Position numbers and translations under genes: made by a program
Notes under the pieces: generated by a model
The model's database searches: none
What the model saw: the letters and a program-made list of their open reading frames with translations, nothing else
Told to the model about the DNA's origin: nothing
In this document: one piece after another, positions 23,873-35,033 of the stretch
Layout of the letters: every line of letters starts with the position of its first letter
Numbering within the stretch: the first letter of the stretch is position 1
Assembly: GCA_963700285.1 (NCBI GenBank)
Contig: CAVOXA010000005.1
Span: 219,333-283,332, forward strand
Length of the DNA: 64,000 nucleotides
Direction: 5' to 3'
DNA from: an uncultured Chloroflexia bacterium
Lineage (GTDB): Bacteria > Chloroflexota > Anaerolineae > JAAYZQ01

Positions 23873-24753
23873 CATTGTAGCACGTCACAGGACCTGGTGC
23901 AAACCCCACTTGCCTGAGATTCTCACTTTGAAAGATGATCCACTTGCTGCAATAGGTCTGGAGCGACGGGGCCTTTGCTCACAAGACTGGGGAAAAGATC
24001 ACCGGGCCTTTTGCTTCCCAGGACATCGATCGTGTACCCCGAGAAGGATCAACGCTGACTCCGGTACCGGGATCCCTGGGCACCACAGGCAGCCCAGGAC
24101 ATCCGCCCCATCCGTGTCTCCTCGATTTTCCAGCTAGCCTCCCCCATGGCCAGGACGTAGAGCCCGGCCTGCCCCACATAGGTCGCCGCAGCGAAACCCC
24201 ATCAGCACTAGAGCCTCGTTCTCGTTCGCACAGAAGCCAACGCGCGAAAAGTCAACCAGTCCACTGGGCTGGGGGAAGCCTGCCGTCGCAAGGCAAACCC
24301 ATGCACGCCTCCCGCCAGGACTCTGGTCAGGAATCTCCATTGGGGACAGATTCTGCTCAATCATCCGGTGACTCCTTGAGAGCAGCTTGATCGCGTTCTC
24401 GGCAGCGCACGGGCTTGGGTTGTGGCAGCTCCATCCACGGACCTGTGCGCCAGGTACCCCGCTGCTGGCATGGGCGAGTCTGGGCGAAAAGCGGCGAACA
24501 TGCTCGCCGGAGAGGACCAGCACTTTCGAACACGATACCGCAACTGGATAGATTCCTCAATGTCCCGGGCCCTTTGCGACGTTCCTGCCACGTTTGTACC
24601 ACCCTGGTCTGCTGCTGTGGAGCCGGAAAAGCAGGAGCGAGCGGCGTTTATCAATAGAAAGAGGGCACCATGTTATGCTGTCGGGTAGATTGAGGCTAGT
24701 CAGCCAGGTCTTCATTCAACGAGATCAGAACAGGGAGTCAGGAGGAGGGGATC

Positions 24754-25086
24754 ATGATGCGAGTATCCGGGGATAAAATGGGGCAACTCTCGTGGCGCTG
24801 TCCGGAGTGCGGAGAGACCATTTCTTTCGCCAGCCATTCAGCGGTCTGCCTGGCAGAGAGGTCGGGACGCTGCCAAGGTTGCCGTGCCAAAGCAACATTT
24901 GACCTGAACCCAGGCTTGGTGAGCTTCTTCCTGGAGTACTGGGCCCGCACCGATGCCTGGCCGCAGAGTAGCTCCTGGCTGAGGGCCATCCCCACCTCCG
25001 GGATCTCTATCCTGGGTCCACCTCAGCCAGCCGGGGGAAGGCTCGGCGCGCCTGGCAGGCCCGCTGCGGCTACAGCCACTCGGTAA
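24754..25086 (+). CDS. Small hypothetical zinc-ribbon protein
   Basis: GGAGGAGG RBS upstream; CPEC...CQGC pairs. Confidence 0.45.
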   Translation: MMRVSGDKMGQLSWRCPECGETISFASHSAVCLAERSGRCQGCRAKATFDLNPGLVSFFLEYWARTDAWPQSSSWLRAIPTSGISILGPPQPAGGRLGAPGRPAAATATR

Positions 25087-25308
25087 CCGGCAGGAACCGC
25101 TGGGGGACAACTGGGCTGGCGTCTCACCGGCCAGAACACCCCCGAAGCAAGGGTTCGGCACCATGAGGCCCTGAGTCCCGTCAAGCGCGATCACCCCGCG
25201 CCATTGCAGCGCTCATTGCCATTGTGGCAGAGGCGTGGTATAATCTCCCCATCCCAGGTACCCTATCGCCCGCTAGGATCCCGTGTGGATACCAAAAACC
25301 ATGGGGAA

Positions 25309-28069
25309 ATGAGCATGCCCCTCCTGAGAACGAAATTCAGTATTCCGCCACAGCGGCCAAACCTTGTACTCCGGCCGCGCCTGATGTGGCGCTTGGCGGA
25401 AGCGCAACGCCTGCAGCATCCCTTAACGCTGGTGTCGGCCAAAGCTGGCTCGGGCAAGACCACGCTGGTCAGTGAGTGGCTGCACCAACAGGACCGGCCG
25501 GCGACGTGGCTCTCGTTGGATGCCAACGACAGCGACCCACGACGGTTCTTTCGCTATCTCGTTGCGGCGCTGCAAGTTTGTGACGCTGAAATCGGCCGCA
25601 GGGCGCTAAGCCAGTTGGAGGCGCCCGTACCCCACCAACCTGATGACCTGGTCGCCGAGCTGATCAATGACGTGGCATCCGGCCCTACCCCCTTTTTCCT
25701 CGTGCTCGACGACTACCATCTCATCCAGAACGAATGGGTCCACCAGGCAGTCGGGTTCCTGGTCGAGCATCAGCCGCCCGAGATGCACCTTATCCTAGTC
25801 ACCCGCGTGGATCCCCCCTCCCGCTCGCCCGGTTGCGGGGCCGGGGCCAGATCACCGAGATCCGGGACCCCGATCTACGCTTCACGGAAGGCGAAATCGC
25901 CCAGTTTCTCAACAGTGTAATGGACCTGGACCTGAGAGACAGGGAGGTCTCTGCGCTCGAAGCGCGCACCGAAGGCTGGATCGCGGGCCTGCAGATGGCG
26001 GCCATCTCGATGCAAAGCCACCGGCGGGCTGGTGACCAGACCGCGTTCATCGATGCTTTCAGCGGCACCAACCGCTTCATTTTGGACTATCTGATGGAGG
26101 AGGTTCTCAACCAGCAGACACCGGCCGTCCAGGACTTTCTCATCGAGACTTCTATTCTTGAGCGCGTATGTGGTGGTCTGTCTGACGCGGTGCGATGGGG
26201 CCCCTCCGCATCGCCGGGCGGACGGGTGGATGGTTCCGGTGCGGCAGGGACACCGTCGGATAGCACCGTGCGTGACGGCCAGGCCATCCTGGCACAGCTC
26301 GAACGACGCAATCTGTTCGTGATGCCGCTGGACGAAGAACGGCAGTGGTATCGCTATCACCATCTTTTTGCTGATTCGCTGCAAACCACACTCAAGCAGC
26401 GCAGATCGGCCGAACAGATTCGAGCGCTACACCGCCGCGCCAGCCAGTGGCACCGGGACGAGGGCTCCCTGGAAGAGGCCATGATCCATGCCATGGCTGC
26501 CCAGGATTTCGAATCAGCAGCAGCGATGATTGAACAAAATATCGCTACCATGCTCTCGCGCAGTGAGGCGCCGGTCCTGCTGAGCTGGATCGAGAAACTG
26601 CCAGAGTCGATCGTGCGTGGTCGTCCGTGGATCGATATCTATCGGGCCAACACCTTGGCGCTAAGCGGCCTCGATTGAGCAGGTTGAGCCTCTGCTCGAT
26701 GCCGTGGAACAGCGGATCGAACCCGGCGCCCCCAGTGCCTCTGAGCTTCTGGGCCACATCGCGGCCATTCGCGCTTTTGTCGCCAATCTGCGCGGCGATG
26801 CGCCGCGGGCCATCGAGATGGCGCTCCTAACCGAAAGAATCTTGCCGGATGGGCACATGAACGCAAGGGGCATGGCCACCTACGCCCTGTCAGACGCCTA
26901 CTTTGCCGGCGATGACATGGACGGCGCCAGCCAGGCGTCGCAAAAGATGCTGAGCGCCGGCGAAAAGACGGGCCGGTTGCTGATTGCCGTACCGGCACTG
27001 TGCGACCTGGCCGAGATCAACAAGATCCAGGGGCGACTTTACCAGGCGGAGCGGCTGTACGCGAAAGCGCTAGCATGGATGGTACAGCGCAAAGGCCTCG
27101 ATACGCGGGTGCGCTGTCCGTACGAGTCTGGCCTGGCCGATCTGCTGCGCGAGCGGAACCAGCTCGCCGCAGCACGCGAACATGCACTGACCGCCATCGA
27201 GTACAGCCGGCGTTTCGGTGTAGGCAGCATCTGGGTGTCCAGCTACGTTGCGCTGATGCGCATCCTCCAGGCGCAGGGTGATGCAGAGGGCGCTCTGGAG
27301 GCCCTTCGCAACGCCGAACACACCATGCAGAACCATTGCGTCCGGCTGGCGTCGAGGATCGAGTTCAGGACTGCGCGGGTCGTACAGTGGCTGGCCGTGG
27401 GCGATCTGGAAGCAGCAAGTAGCTGGGCCCAAGAGTGCGGCGGCAGCTCGGAGCTGGAACAGATCGCGCTGGCGCGGCTGCGACTGGCACAGGGCCACAG
27501 CGCCGGTACGCAGCGCCTGCTGGAGCGACAGGCGGTGCTGGCCAAGGCGGGTGGGCGCAACGGCCGCCTGATTGAAATCCTGGCGCTGCAGGCCGTGGCC
27601 CTGGAATCTCTGGGCCAGCCCAACCAAGCCGCCACGGCTCTGGATCAGGCCCTCTCCCTGGCAAGGCCCGAGGGATACCTGCGCGTGTTCCTTGACCTGG
27701 GGGTGGCCGCTGTATGAACTGCTGAGAAAGCACGCCACGCAGAGCTCGGCGGCAGGGACCCTCGCCGGAGGCCAGTTTCGCAGTCTGCTGGATGCATTCC
27801 GGCTGGAGGGCGCGGTACGGCAAAGCTCGATGGCCGGGGCGGTATCCCAGGCGCCCTCGCCCGCTGATGGCCTGGTAGACGCCCTCACCCTCCGCGAGAT
27901 AGAGGTCCTGTGCTTGCTGGCCGTGGGCCTCTCGAACAAGGAGATTGCCGGCAAGCTGGTCATTGCTCCCAGCACCGTCAAACAGCACCTGAAGAACATC
28001 TATGGCAAGCTCTCCGTGCACAACCGTACGCAGGCTGTAGCGCGCGGGCGAGAACTGGGTCTGCTCTGA
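25309..28069 (+). CDS. MalT-like (LAL) LuxR-family ATP-dependent regulator, frameshifted in several places
   Basis: LLRTKF, AGSGKTT, VLDDYH, TEGWIAGLQ, WYRYHHLFAD, C-terminal LTLREIEVL..GLSNKEIA..TVKQHLKNIYGKL. Confidence 0.9.
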
Positions 28070-28088
28070 CTCCCGGTCGCGCTGCGGC

Positions 28089-28177
28089 GCCCCCTGGCTA
28101 CCCCTTTTCTTCCACATAACATCCCCCGCGGGATTCCCCATTTGGGGCATGACACCGCCACGCATCAACCCTATAAT
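28089..28177 (+). promoter_or_regulatory. Putative regulator-dependent promoter: repeated CCCC boxes and TATAAT
   Basis: TACCCC/ATCCCC/TTCCCC runs, then TATAAT at 28172-28177 with no good -35. Confidence 0.45.
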
Positions 28178-28308
28178 GGACTTGATTTACGGAGGGCAGC
28201 CGCCAGCATACACGCCTCGCAGCGTGAAGAGTTGCCCGAGACGCTCAAGATGGCTGCCCGTAAGTGGATTGCACTGTGGCGATCAACTGCGGAAAAGGAG
28301 GAGACTGT

Positions 28309-28677
28309 ATGGCTGACAATCGAGTGCTCGACAAGGGGGAACTCTATCACATCCGCGTCAACGGCAACCTGGATGACAAGTGGGCCGATTGGTTCGAAGG
28401 CTTTGTGATGACGTCCCGACCTGGCGGAGAAACACTGCTGACCGGGTATGTGCAAGATCAAGCGGCGTTGCATGGCGTGCTGGGCAAAATCCGGGGTTTG
28501 GGCCAACCGCTTCTGTTGGTGGCGCGGACCCACTGCCCTTGTTCTTCAAAGCGCTGTCCACGGCACGGGCGTTGTCACGAATGCACAGCCCATCACGCCG
28601 CGAGCGGGAAACTGCCCTACTGTTTCAGAGAAAAGACCGGTTGGGACAAACGCTGCGCGGCTCTGGCGCAGGGATAA
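28309..28677 (+). CDS. Small protein: YxIRVxGxLD domain typical of LAL-regulator neighbours plus a Cys/His-rich tail
   Basis: AAGGAGG RBS; YHIRVNGNLDDKWADWF..DQAALHGVL; CPC...CPRHGRCHEC..HH...PYC. Confidence 0.75.
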   Translation: MADNRVLDKGELYHIRVNGNLDDKWADWFEGFVMTSRPGGETLLTGYVQDQAALHGVLGKIRGLGQPLLLVARTHCPCSSKRCPRHGRCHECTAHHAASGKLPYCFREKTGWDKRCAALAQG

Positions 28678-28696
28678 TGAGGAAGAGGAGGAAAGC

Positions 28697-29638
28697 ATGT
28701 TGAACCAACAAGTAGACTCGTACCGTTTCCTGGACCATCTGACCAAGCGACTTGTTCAGAAGTGGATCAAACTCGAGACCCCGCGGGAATTCCAACGGGG
28801 AATCCCGCGGGATATCCCGTGGACACCACTGGCAAAACCACTGGAGGAGAGCAGGGTGGCGCTGATCACCTCGGCGGGGCTGGCCCTCAAAACCGACCAA
28901 CCCTTCGACCAGGAGGGGGAGAGGCGGGACCCCTGGTGGGGCGATCCCTCCTACCGCGTCCTGCCGCGCACGGTGACGGAGAGCGACGTCAGGCTGTATC
29001 ACATGCACGTCGATGCCCGCCTCGCGGAGGAAGATCTGAACACCTTCTTTCCTCTGCAGCGATTGCTGGAGCTGGAGGAGAGCGGCGAGATCGGGTGTTC
29101 TTCTGCCCATCACTATTCTATCATGGGCTACGTCCTGCAGCCCCAGGTCCTTCTGGAGGAGAGCGCGCCGGCCATGATCCGTCACATGAGGCAGGATGGG
29201 GTAGACGCCGCCGTACTGGTCCCGGTTTGACCGGTCTGCTGCTGGTCCGTTGGACTGGTACAGAGAGAAATCGAAGCAGCAGGCATCAGTACCATCACTC
29301 TGTCGAGCATCCCTGACCTGACGGCCTCCGTGGGCGTGCCGCGGCTGGCGGCCATCGAGCGGCCGCTGGGTTACCAGTTGGGACAGCCGGGCGACGGCGA
29401 GGGCCAGGCGGCCGTTCTGCGTGCCACCTTGCAGGCGCTGGCAGGAATGAAGCAGCCGGGCGGCGTCGTTCACTTGCCCTTCGAGTGGCCGGCCTCGGCC
29501 CAGAGACTGAACGCCCGAGCCGCCACAGCCGCCGCCCATAACAAAGTACTTGCTGCGCCACCCGTGGCACGTTCGAAACCTTTTCAACCGCCAGGTGCCC
29601 GGTACACAGCAGGCGGATCTGGCGGCCTAGCCGCATGA
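28697..29638 (+). CDS. PrdB/GrdB-like (glycine/sarcosine/betaine/D-proline reductase B family) selenoprotein; Sec at TGA 29228-29230
   Basis: WTPLAKPLEESRVALITSAG, GDPSYR, DLNTFFPL; the frame continues after TGA as PVCCWSVGLVQREIEAAGISTI..VGVPR, giving a UxxC motif. Confidence 0.85.
29240..29259 (+). promoter_or_regulatory. Candidate bacterial SECIS hairpin
   Basis: GCTGGTCC-GTT-GGACTGGT stem-loop (with G-U pairs) starting about 10 nt after the in-frame TGA. Confidence 0.55.
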
Positions 29639-29709
29639 GGTGTCGCGGGAAGTGGTGCCGATGGTAGCCAGAGCCCACCATCGGCACCACGCGGAGCGCG
29701 GCGCCGGGT

Positions 29710-30447
29710 TCACCGTGTCCAGGGCTTGTCCAGGAACTCGTACCTGCTCTCTTCTAGCTCTTTGCGGATAGCCGCAATGTTGGTCACCTCGCCCCGTTCC
29801 AGGATCGGCTGGATGCGTGCGTGGCTCTCGATAAGATCAGCAACACGGATCAGGATATCCTCGGCGTGGGTGGGTGGAACCACTACGATCCCCTGCTCGT
29901 CGCCGACGATGATGTCACCCGGAAAGATAACGCACTGCCCGAATGCGATGGGCACGTTGACCTCTCCTTGCCCTTTGGGGCCAAAGTTAAAACCGGTGGT
30001 CAGACCGCGAGCGTGAACGGGCAGACCGATCTCTTGCATTTGTTCGGCATCCCGTACGGCGCCATCCACGATGAGACCCGCCAGACCGCGCTGCTTGAGA
30101 CCCTTGCATATGTTGCCACCCAACAACGCGTGGTCGGTGCTGCCCCGCGCGGTCATGACCAGGACATCTCCCGGTTCGGTCAGGTCCATGGCGATCTTGC
30201 TCACGAAAAAGCTATTGGTGGGTATGCTGACCGTGACCGCAGGACCTGCGAAACATGACATGGGCTGGTAGACGGGCCGGATGCCCTGATCCACCACGCC
30301 AGCATTCTGCATGACGTCTGCCAGATCAGGCGTACCCGCTTTGCCCATGACGTCGGTCGCAGAGGGTGTGATGATCTCGATGAGCCGCGCCACCAGTGCC
30401 GGCGGCGGCCTGTCGATCTGATTGAATACTCGGTAGCCATAGGCCAT
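29710..30447 (-). CDS. RraA/HMG-CHA aldolase family protein
   Basis: FAGPAVTV, PGDVLV, GLIVDGAVRD, PGDIIVGDEQGIVVVP. Confidence 0.88.
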   Translation of the reverse strand: MAYGYRVFNQIDRPPPALVARLIEIITPSATDVMGKAGTPDLADVMQNAGVVDQGIRPVYQPMSCFAGPAVTVSIPTNSFFVSKIAMDLTEPGDVLVMTARGSTDHALLGGNICKGLKQRGLAGLIVDGAVRDAEQMQEIGLPVHARGLTTGFNFGPKGQGEVNVPIAFGQCVIFPGDIIVGDEQGIVVVPPTHAEDILIRVADLIESHARIQPILERGEVTNIAAIRKELEESRYEFLDKPWTR

Positions 30448-30494
30448 GATGGAGCCTCCCTTGATCGGCAATAGTTGTTGTGGCGACAGCCGGC

Positions 30495-31289
30495 TTATCT
30501 CGCTTCGACCCGAGGGATGCTATGCCTTTGAACCATTCCATGAAACGTACCAGGCGATCGATCGCCTGGTTGACGATCCGCTCGCCACGCTCGGCCGATG
30601 CCAGCAGTGGATCGGAGAGGCTGCCGAGAGGGAGGCGTGATGTCGTCCATGTCGACGGCAAAGCGCACTTCGCAGCCCTCAAATCTGATGCCCGACAGCC
30701 CGCTGGGCTCACGGCCGAAAAAGTCCGCCGTGCCACAATTTTCTGCCAGATCCAGATCTACCGTGCCGGGAAACAGGTACGTCCAGAGGGAGCCCATCGG
30801 TTCGCCTCCATGCCCCATCTTGGCCTCGCCATATAGCTCCTTGGTCAATTCCTGCGTCAAGCCCATGCCGAGAGGCGAGACAATGGGAACCAGGAGGCCC
30901 CGGTCACGGCGGAGCTTTCGAATCAGGTGGCCCAGCGTGGGTTCGTTGCCTTTGTGTCCGTTGAGGAGTACGATATGCTCAAAGCCCTGGTCCATCAGGC
31001 AGTTGAGTACGTCCTGCACAACGTGAAAGAGGGTCTCACTCTGCAGGGTAACGGTGCCGGGAAACTTGCGAAAATACTCGGAATAGCCAAAGGGTAGGCA
31101 GGGAACCACCACGTCGCCGCTTTGACGGGCGGTTCGTACCGCTACTTCTTCAGCGATCAAATAGTCGCCCGTCGCAGCGTGGGGGCCATGCTCCTCGGTG
31201 GAGCCCAACGGGAAAATGGCCGCCGCTCCCCGGCCTATCGCTGCATCCACCTGCCGCCATGACATTTCTGCCGTACGTACTTGCTCCAT
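30495..31289 (-). CDS. Creatininase/creatinine amidohydrolase family protein, frameshifted near the 3' end
   Basis: PLGSTEEHGPH..D, NGHKGN, HGGEP. Confidence 0.88.
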   Translation of the reverse strand: MEQVRTAEMSWRQVDAAIGRGAAAIFPLGSTEEHGPHAATGDYLIAEEVAVRTARQSGDVVVPCLPFGYSEYFRKFPGTVTLQSETLFHVVQDVLNCLMDQGFEHIVLLNGHKGNEPTLGHLIRKLRRDRGLLVPIVSPLGMGLTQELTKELYGEAKMGHGGEPMGSLWTYLFPGTVDLDLAENCGTADFFGREPSGLSGIRFEGCEVRFAVDMDDITPPSRQPLRSTAGIGRAWRADRQPGDRSPGTFHGMVQRHSIPRVEAR

Positions 31290-31437
31290 CTACTTTTACC
31301 TCCATTTGTTCTCAGATAGGTAACGCCCATGGGCCACGAGATCGTATCGATGTGACCATGGGTCAAACTGGGTCAATCTCCCTTTGAAAGCGTGGACCGT
31401 CCGGCCGCTAGGCCAACACGTCCCTCGCCAGCATTGC

Positions 31438-32361
31438 TCAACGCCTGAGATGTGGATCCAGCGCGTCCCGCAGGCCATCCCCCATCAGGTTGAAACTCAG
31501 GGTGACCAATAGAATGGCCAAACCAGGGAAGACGATCAGCAAAGGAGCGCTGGTGAAAAAGTCGCGGGCAGTGGAAAGCATCGCGCCCCACTCTGGAGTC
31601 GGAGGCTGGGGGCCCAGGCCCAGAAAACTGAGGCTGGCCGCGCTGAGGATAGCCGTTGCCAGGCGCATGGTAGCGGCCACGATGAGCGGCGGCACGATAT
31701 TAGGGCCGATATGGCGGGAAACGATGCGGAGATTGGCCGCGCCCAAGGACCTGGCAGAGAGGATGTAATCCTGGCCTCTGATCGACAGCGTAGAACTGCG
31801 TGCAATGCGGGCAAAGTCCGGGATAGAAGCGATGCCCACAGCGATGATGACGTTCAGGGTTCCGACTCCCAGGGCGGCGATAATGCCAATTGCCAGCAGA
31901 AAACCGGGCATAGCCATCAGAACGTCGACGAACCTCGAAATCAGCGTGTCTGTAGGCCCGCCATAGAAACCAGCCAGCAAGCCAAGGGCTGTACCGGTGA
32001 ACAGGGCCAGGCCCACAGCCCCCATGGTGATCATCAGCGTGATGCGGGCGCCGATGATGATGCGCGAGAACACGTCGCGGCCCAGTTCGTCTGTGCCCAG
32101 CCAGTGAGCGGCTGATGGACCCTGAAGCCGGTTTGCCAGGTCAATGGCGGCTGGATCGTAAGGCGCGAGGTAGGGGGCCAGCAGTGCCGTCAGGAAAAAG
32201 AGGACGATGACGACCATCCCCACAACGGCTGCCCGATGGTGCAAAAACTGGCGGGCAACCATCCGCAGGTAGGACTCGCTTCTGGCTGCAGGGCCAAAGC
32301 CATTGCTATTCGAGGTTAGATCCGATGCGTGGCTCGCCTCCATGCGCGCTCGGTCAGTCAT
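31438..32361 (-). CDS. Peptide/nickel ABC permease (DppC-like)
   Basis: HWLGTDELGRD, ARSLGA, LSFLGLG..PEWG, GDGLRDALDP. Confidence 0.9.
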   Translation of the reverse strand: MTDRARMEASHASDLTSNSNGFGPAARSESYLRMVARQFLHHRAAVVGMVVIVLFFLTALLAPYLAPYDPAAIDLANRLQGPSAAHWLGTDELGRDVFSRIIIGARITLMITMGAVGLALFTGTALGLLAGFYGGPTDTLISRFVDVLMAMPGFLLAIGIIAALGVGTLNVIIAVGIASIPDFARIARSSTLSIRGQDYILSARSLGAANLRIVSRHIGPNIVPPLIVAATMRLATAILSAASLSFLGLGPQPPTPEWGAMLSTARDFFTSAPLLIVFPGLAILLVTLSFNLMGDGLRDALDPHLRR

Positions 32362-33273
32362 AGCGGATCCGGGATCCAGGTAGGCGTAACCCAGATCGAC
32401 AAGCAGATTGACCAGTACAAAGGACACTGCAAGGACCATGATGGTGCCCTGGACCACCGGAAAATCGCGCGCTTTGATGCCGTCGACCAAGAGTCTGCCC
32501 AGACCCTGCCGGGTGAAGACGGTCTCGGTGACGACTGCACCGCCGAGAAGGTAGCCGAATCGCAGGCCGATGACGGTGATAATGGGAATCAGTGCGTTCT
32601 TCAGGGCATGACGCAGGAGTATCACCCGCTCATTCAGCCCCTTGGCTTGCGCCGTCCGCATATAGTCCTGCCGGATGACCTCGAGCAGGCTGGAGCGGGT
32701 CATGCGGGCAATGATGGCCGCCGAGGCCGCGCCCAGGGCCAGCGCCGGCAACACCAGTGCCTTCAGACTACCGGCTCCTCCTGTAGGAAACCAGCGCAGA
32801 CGCACGGAAAAGAAAAAGATGAGCATCAAACCCAACCAGAAGATGGGGGTGGAAACGCCCAGGAGCGAGAGAATCATCGTGGCGTGGTCAAGCAGCGAAT
32901 ATTGCCGCTTGGCGGAGATGATGCCGATCACCAGCCCCAAGAGCGTAGCGATGAGCATGGCGGCCAATGCCAGCTCGGCCGTCAGTGCCACCCGGCTGAG
33001 GATCTCCTCGCTCACAGGACGCCGGGTGACGATAGAGCGGCCTAGGTCGCCCCGCAGAACCCGGCCGAGCCAAATGCCGTATTGAACGTAGAGGGGTTTG
33101 TCCAGTCCGAACTTGGCTTTGATGTTCTCAATGTCCTCTTGCGTAGCATCTTCTCCAGCTAGCGTGGAGGCCGCGTCGCCGGGTGCGATCTGCAACAGGG
33201 CGAAAACAACGAGCGACACGGCCAGCATCACCGGGATGATTTGCAACAACCGGCGTATGAGATATCTCGTCAC
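32354..33273 (-). CDS. Peptide/nickel ABC permease (DppB-like)
   Basis: GLDKP, GDLGRS, AKGL..RHALKN, ETVF, RDFPVVQG; terminal DPRIRY restored by a one-base correction. Confidence 0.9.
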
Positions 33274-33344
33274 AACGTGCCTCCGGCCCGGGCAAAAAGC
33301 CTCTTACACTTCCCCCGCCTCCGCACTCCCAGAGACCGGGACAA

Positions 33345-33377
33345 AATGGGGGCTGGGCAGGCGCGCCAGCCCCCATT
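33345..33377 (-). terminator. Intercistronic stem-loop after the SBP gene
   Basis: AATGGGGGCTGG / CCAGCCCCCATT inverted repeat, followed by a short T run on the minus strand. Confidence 0.6.
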
Positions 33378-33386
33378 CCCGATGCG

Positions 33387-35033
33387 CTACTTGGTGGCTC
33401 CGTAGATGACTACGTTCCCGGTGGGCAGGAGCGTATAGCCGGAAACATCCTTGTTGGCAGCCATGACGTTCTGTTGGACGAAAACCCATACAAAGGGAGC
33501 ATCATCCCAGATGAGTTCTTGAGCATCGGCATAGAACTTGGCCCGTTCATCCAGATCGAAGGAGGTACGGCCCTGGGCCAAGAGCTCGTCAACCTCTGGA
33601 TTGCAGTAGCCGGAGCGCTGAGCCGCTTCCATGATGGCTGCTTCGCAGTTGAAGAGGCGGTACAGGTGATAGTCCAGATACGAACTGGTCCGGATCTGCT
33701 GCGTGGTCCAACCAGCCATGTCGTCCGGGTGCTTTTTGAGATTCTCGACCAGGCCCGCCTGATCCACCTTGTGGAGGTTGATAGTGATACCGAGGGCCTG
33801 CCAGTAGGCTTGCAGCGCCTGCGTCACCTGTTCATCACCGGCCCAGCGACCGCTGACGTAGAAAAGATCCCCCTCAAAGCCGTCCGGATAGCCAGCGTCC
33901 GCCAGGAGCTGCTTGGCTTTCTCAGGATTGTAGGCGTAGGGTTCCAGCTCCACTGAGCCCCAGACCCCCGGTGGGCCGGACGAGTCCGCGACACGACCGA
34001 CTCCCCGCATGATCTCGTTGATGATCGAAACCTTGTCCACGGCATAGTTCATGGCCTGCCGCACCTCTTTGCTGTCAAAGGGCGGCTTTGTCTGGCGCAT
34101 CTCAGAGGTAACCTGGCTCAGTGAGTCATTCTTCACAACGTTTATGTTGGGGTCGCCCTCCAGACTCTGCAGGTCCTCTGGCGAGACGTTCGCGGCCAGG
34201 TCCGCTTCCCCGGTCTGCAGCATGGCCGTACGAACCGCTGCCTCAGGCACTGGCCGGTAGATCACTGTGTCCAGCTCCAGCGCCCCCCGCCAGTAGTCAG
34301 GGTTGGCCTCGTAGGTGATGTGATCGTTCGGCACCCATTCCACAAACCTAAAGGGACCGGTGCCCACTGGTTGTCGCGCGAAATCCTCAAAACCCATCTC
34401 CTCCAGGGCGGTGGGGCTGACAATGAAGGCGGAACGGTCCATGAGCAGGAATGGGAGGTCGGGGAACGGCCCGTCGGTCACGATCTGCACCGTCAGCGGA
34501 TCGACGACGTTGATCTCCTTGATGACCGTGTAGGCTGAGCGTCGATTGGCGCCTACATCGGGGTCTAGGATGTACTCCAGTGTGGTCTTGACGGCGTTGG
34601 CATCAAAGGGGGTGCCGTCGTGGAAGGTGACGCCCTCGCGCAGGTTGAAGGTCCAGGTTACCTGATCGTCGCCGATCTCCCACGAAGTCGCCAGACCTCG
34701 CTCTGGATCGGGGACCATTTTCTCGTCATGGCCCACCAGCGGGTCATAGAGCAGGTAATCGAGATGGCCCGGTGGGCCGGTGGAAGTCGGTGGGTAGAGC
34801 CCGGCGGGCTCGGTGCCATCGACCAGCACGAGGCTCGTCTCCTCTTCTGTGGCTGGCACCTCGGTCGGCTCTGGGGCTGCGACCTCGGTAGCGGGCGCCG
34901 CGACCTCCTCAGTGGGCGCAGTCGTGGGCGCAGCGGTGGGCTCTGCGGGGGCTGACGCTGGCCCGCAAGCGGCCACCGCCAAGGCAAGAACCAACAGGAG
35001 CGATACCAATGGTAATACTCGGAAGCGACTCAT
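33387..35033 (-). CDS. Peptide/nickel ABC substrate-binding lipoprotein (DppA-like)
   Basis: Lipobox VAAC, LREGVTFHDGTPF, PVGTGPF, VRQAMNYAVD. Confidence 0.92.
   Translation of the reverse strand: MSRFRVLPLVSLLLVLALAVAACGPASAPAEPTAAPTTAPTEEVAAPATEVAAPEPTEVPATEEETSLVLVDGTEPAGLYPPTSTGPPGHLDYLLYDPLVGHDEKMVPDPERGLATSWEIGDDQVTWTFNLREGVTFHDGTPFDANAVKTTLEYILDPDVGANRRSAYTVIKEINVVDPLTVQIVTDGPFPDLPFLLMDRSAFIVSPTALEEMGFEDFARQPVGTGPFRFVEWVPNDHITYEANPDYWRGALELDTVIYRPVPEAAVRTAMLQTGEADLAANVSPEDLQSLEGDPNINVVKNDSLSQVTSEMRQTKPPFDSKEVRQAMNYAVDKVSIINEIMRGVGRVADSSGPPGVWGSVELEPYAYNPEKAKQLLADAGYPDGFEGDLFYVSGRWAGDEQVTQALQAYWQALGITINLHKVDQAGLVENLKKHPDDMAGWTTQQIRTSSYLDYHLYRLFNCEAAIMEAAQRSGYCNPEVDELLAQGRTSFDLDERAKFYADAQELIWDDAPFVWVFVQQNVMAANKDVSGYTLLPTGNVVIYGATK

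Noticed and set aside
23900-24700. Intact gene in the RidA-MalT intergenic region
   Set aside because: Only a short FSRVGF..CGDLCG-like fragment on the minus strand looks protein-like; probably a remnant and not callable
31438-33273. Natural DppB-DppC fusion (611 aa ORF)
   Set aside because: One added base restores the usual DPRIRY stop and an overlapping ATG, so it is probably a sequencing indel
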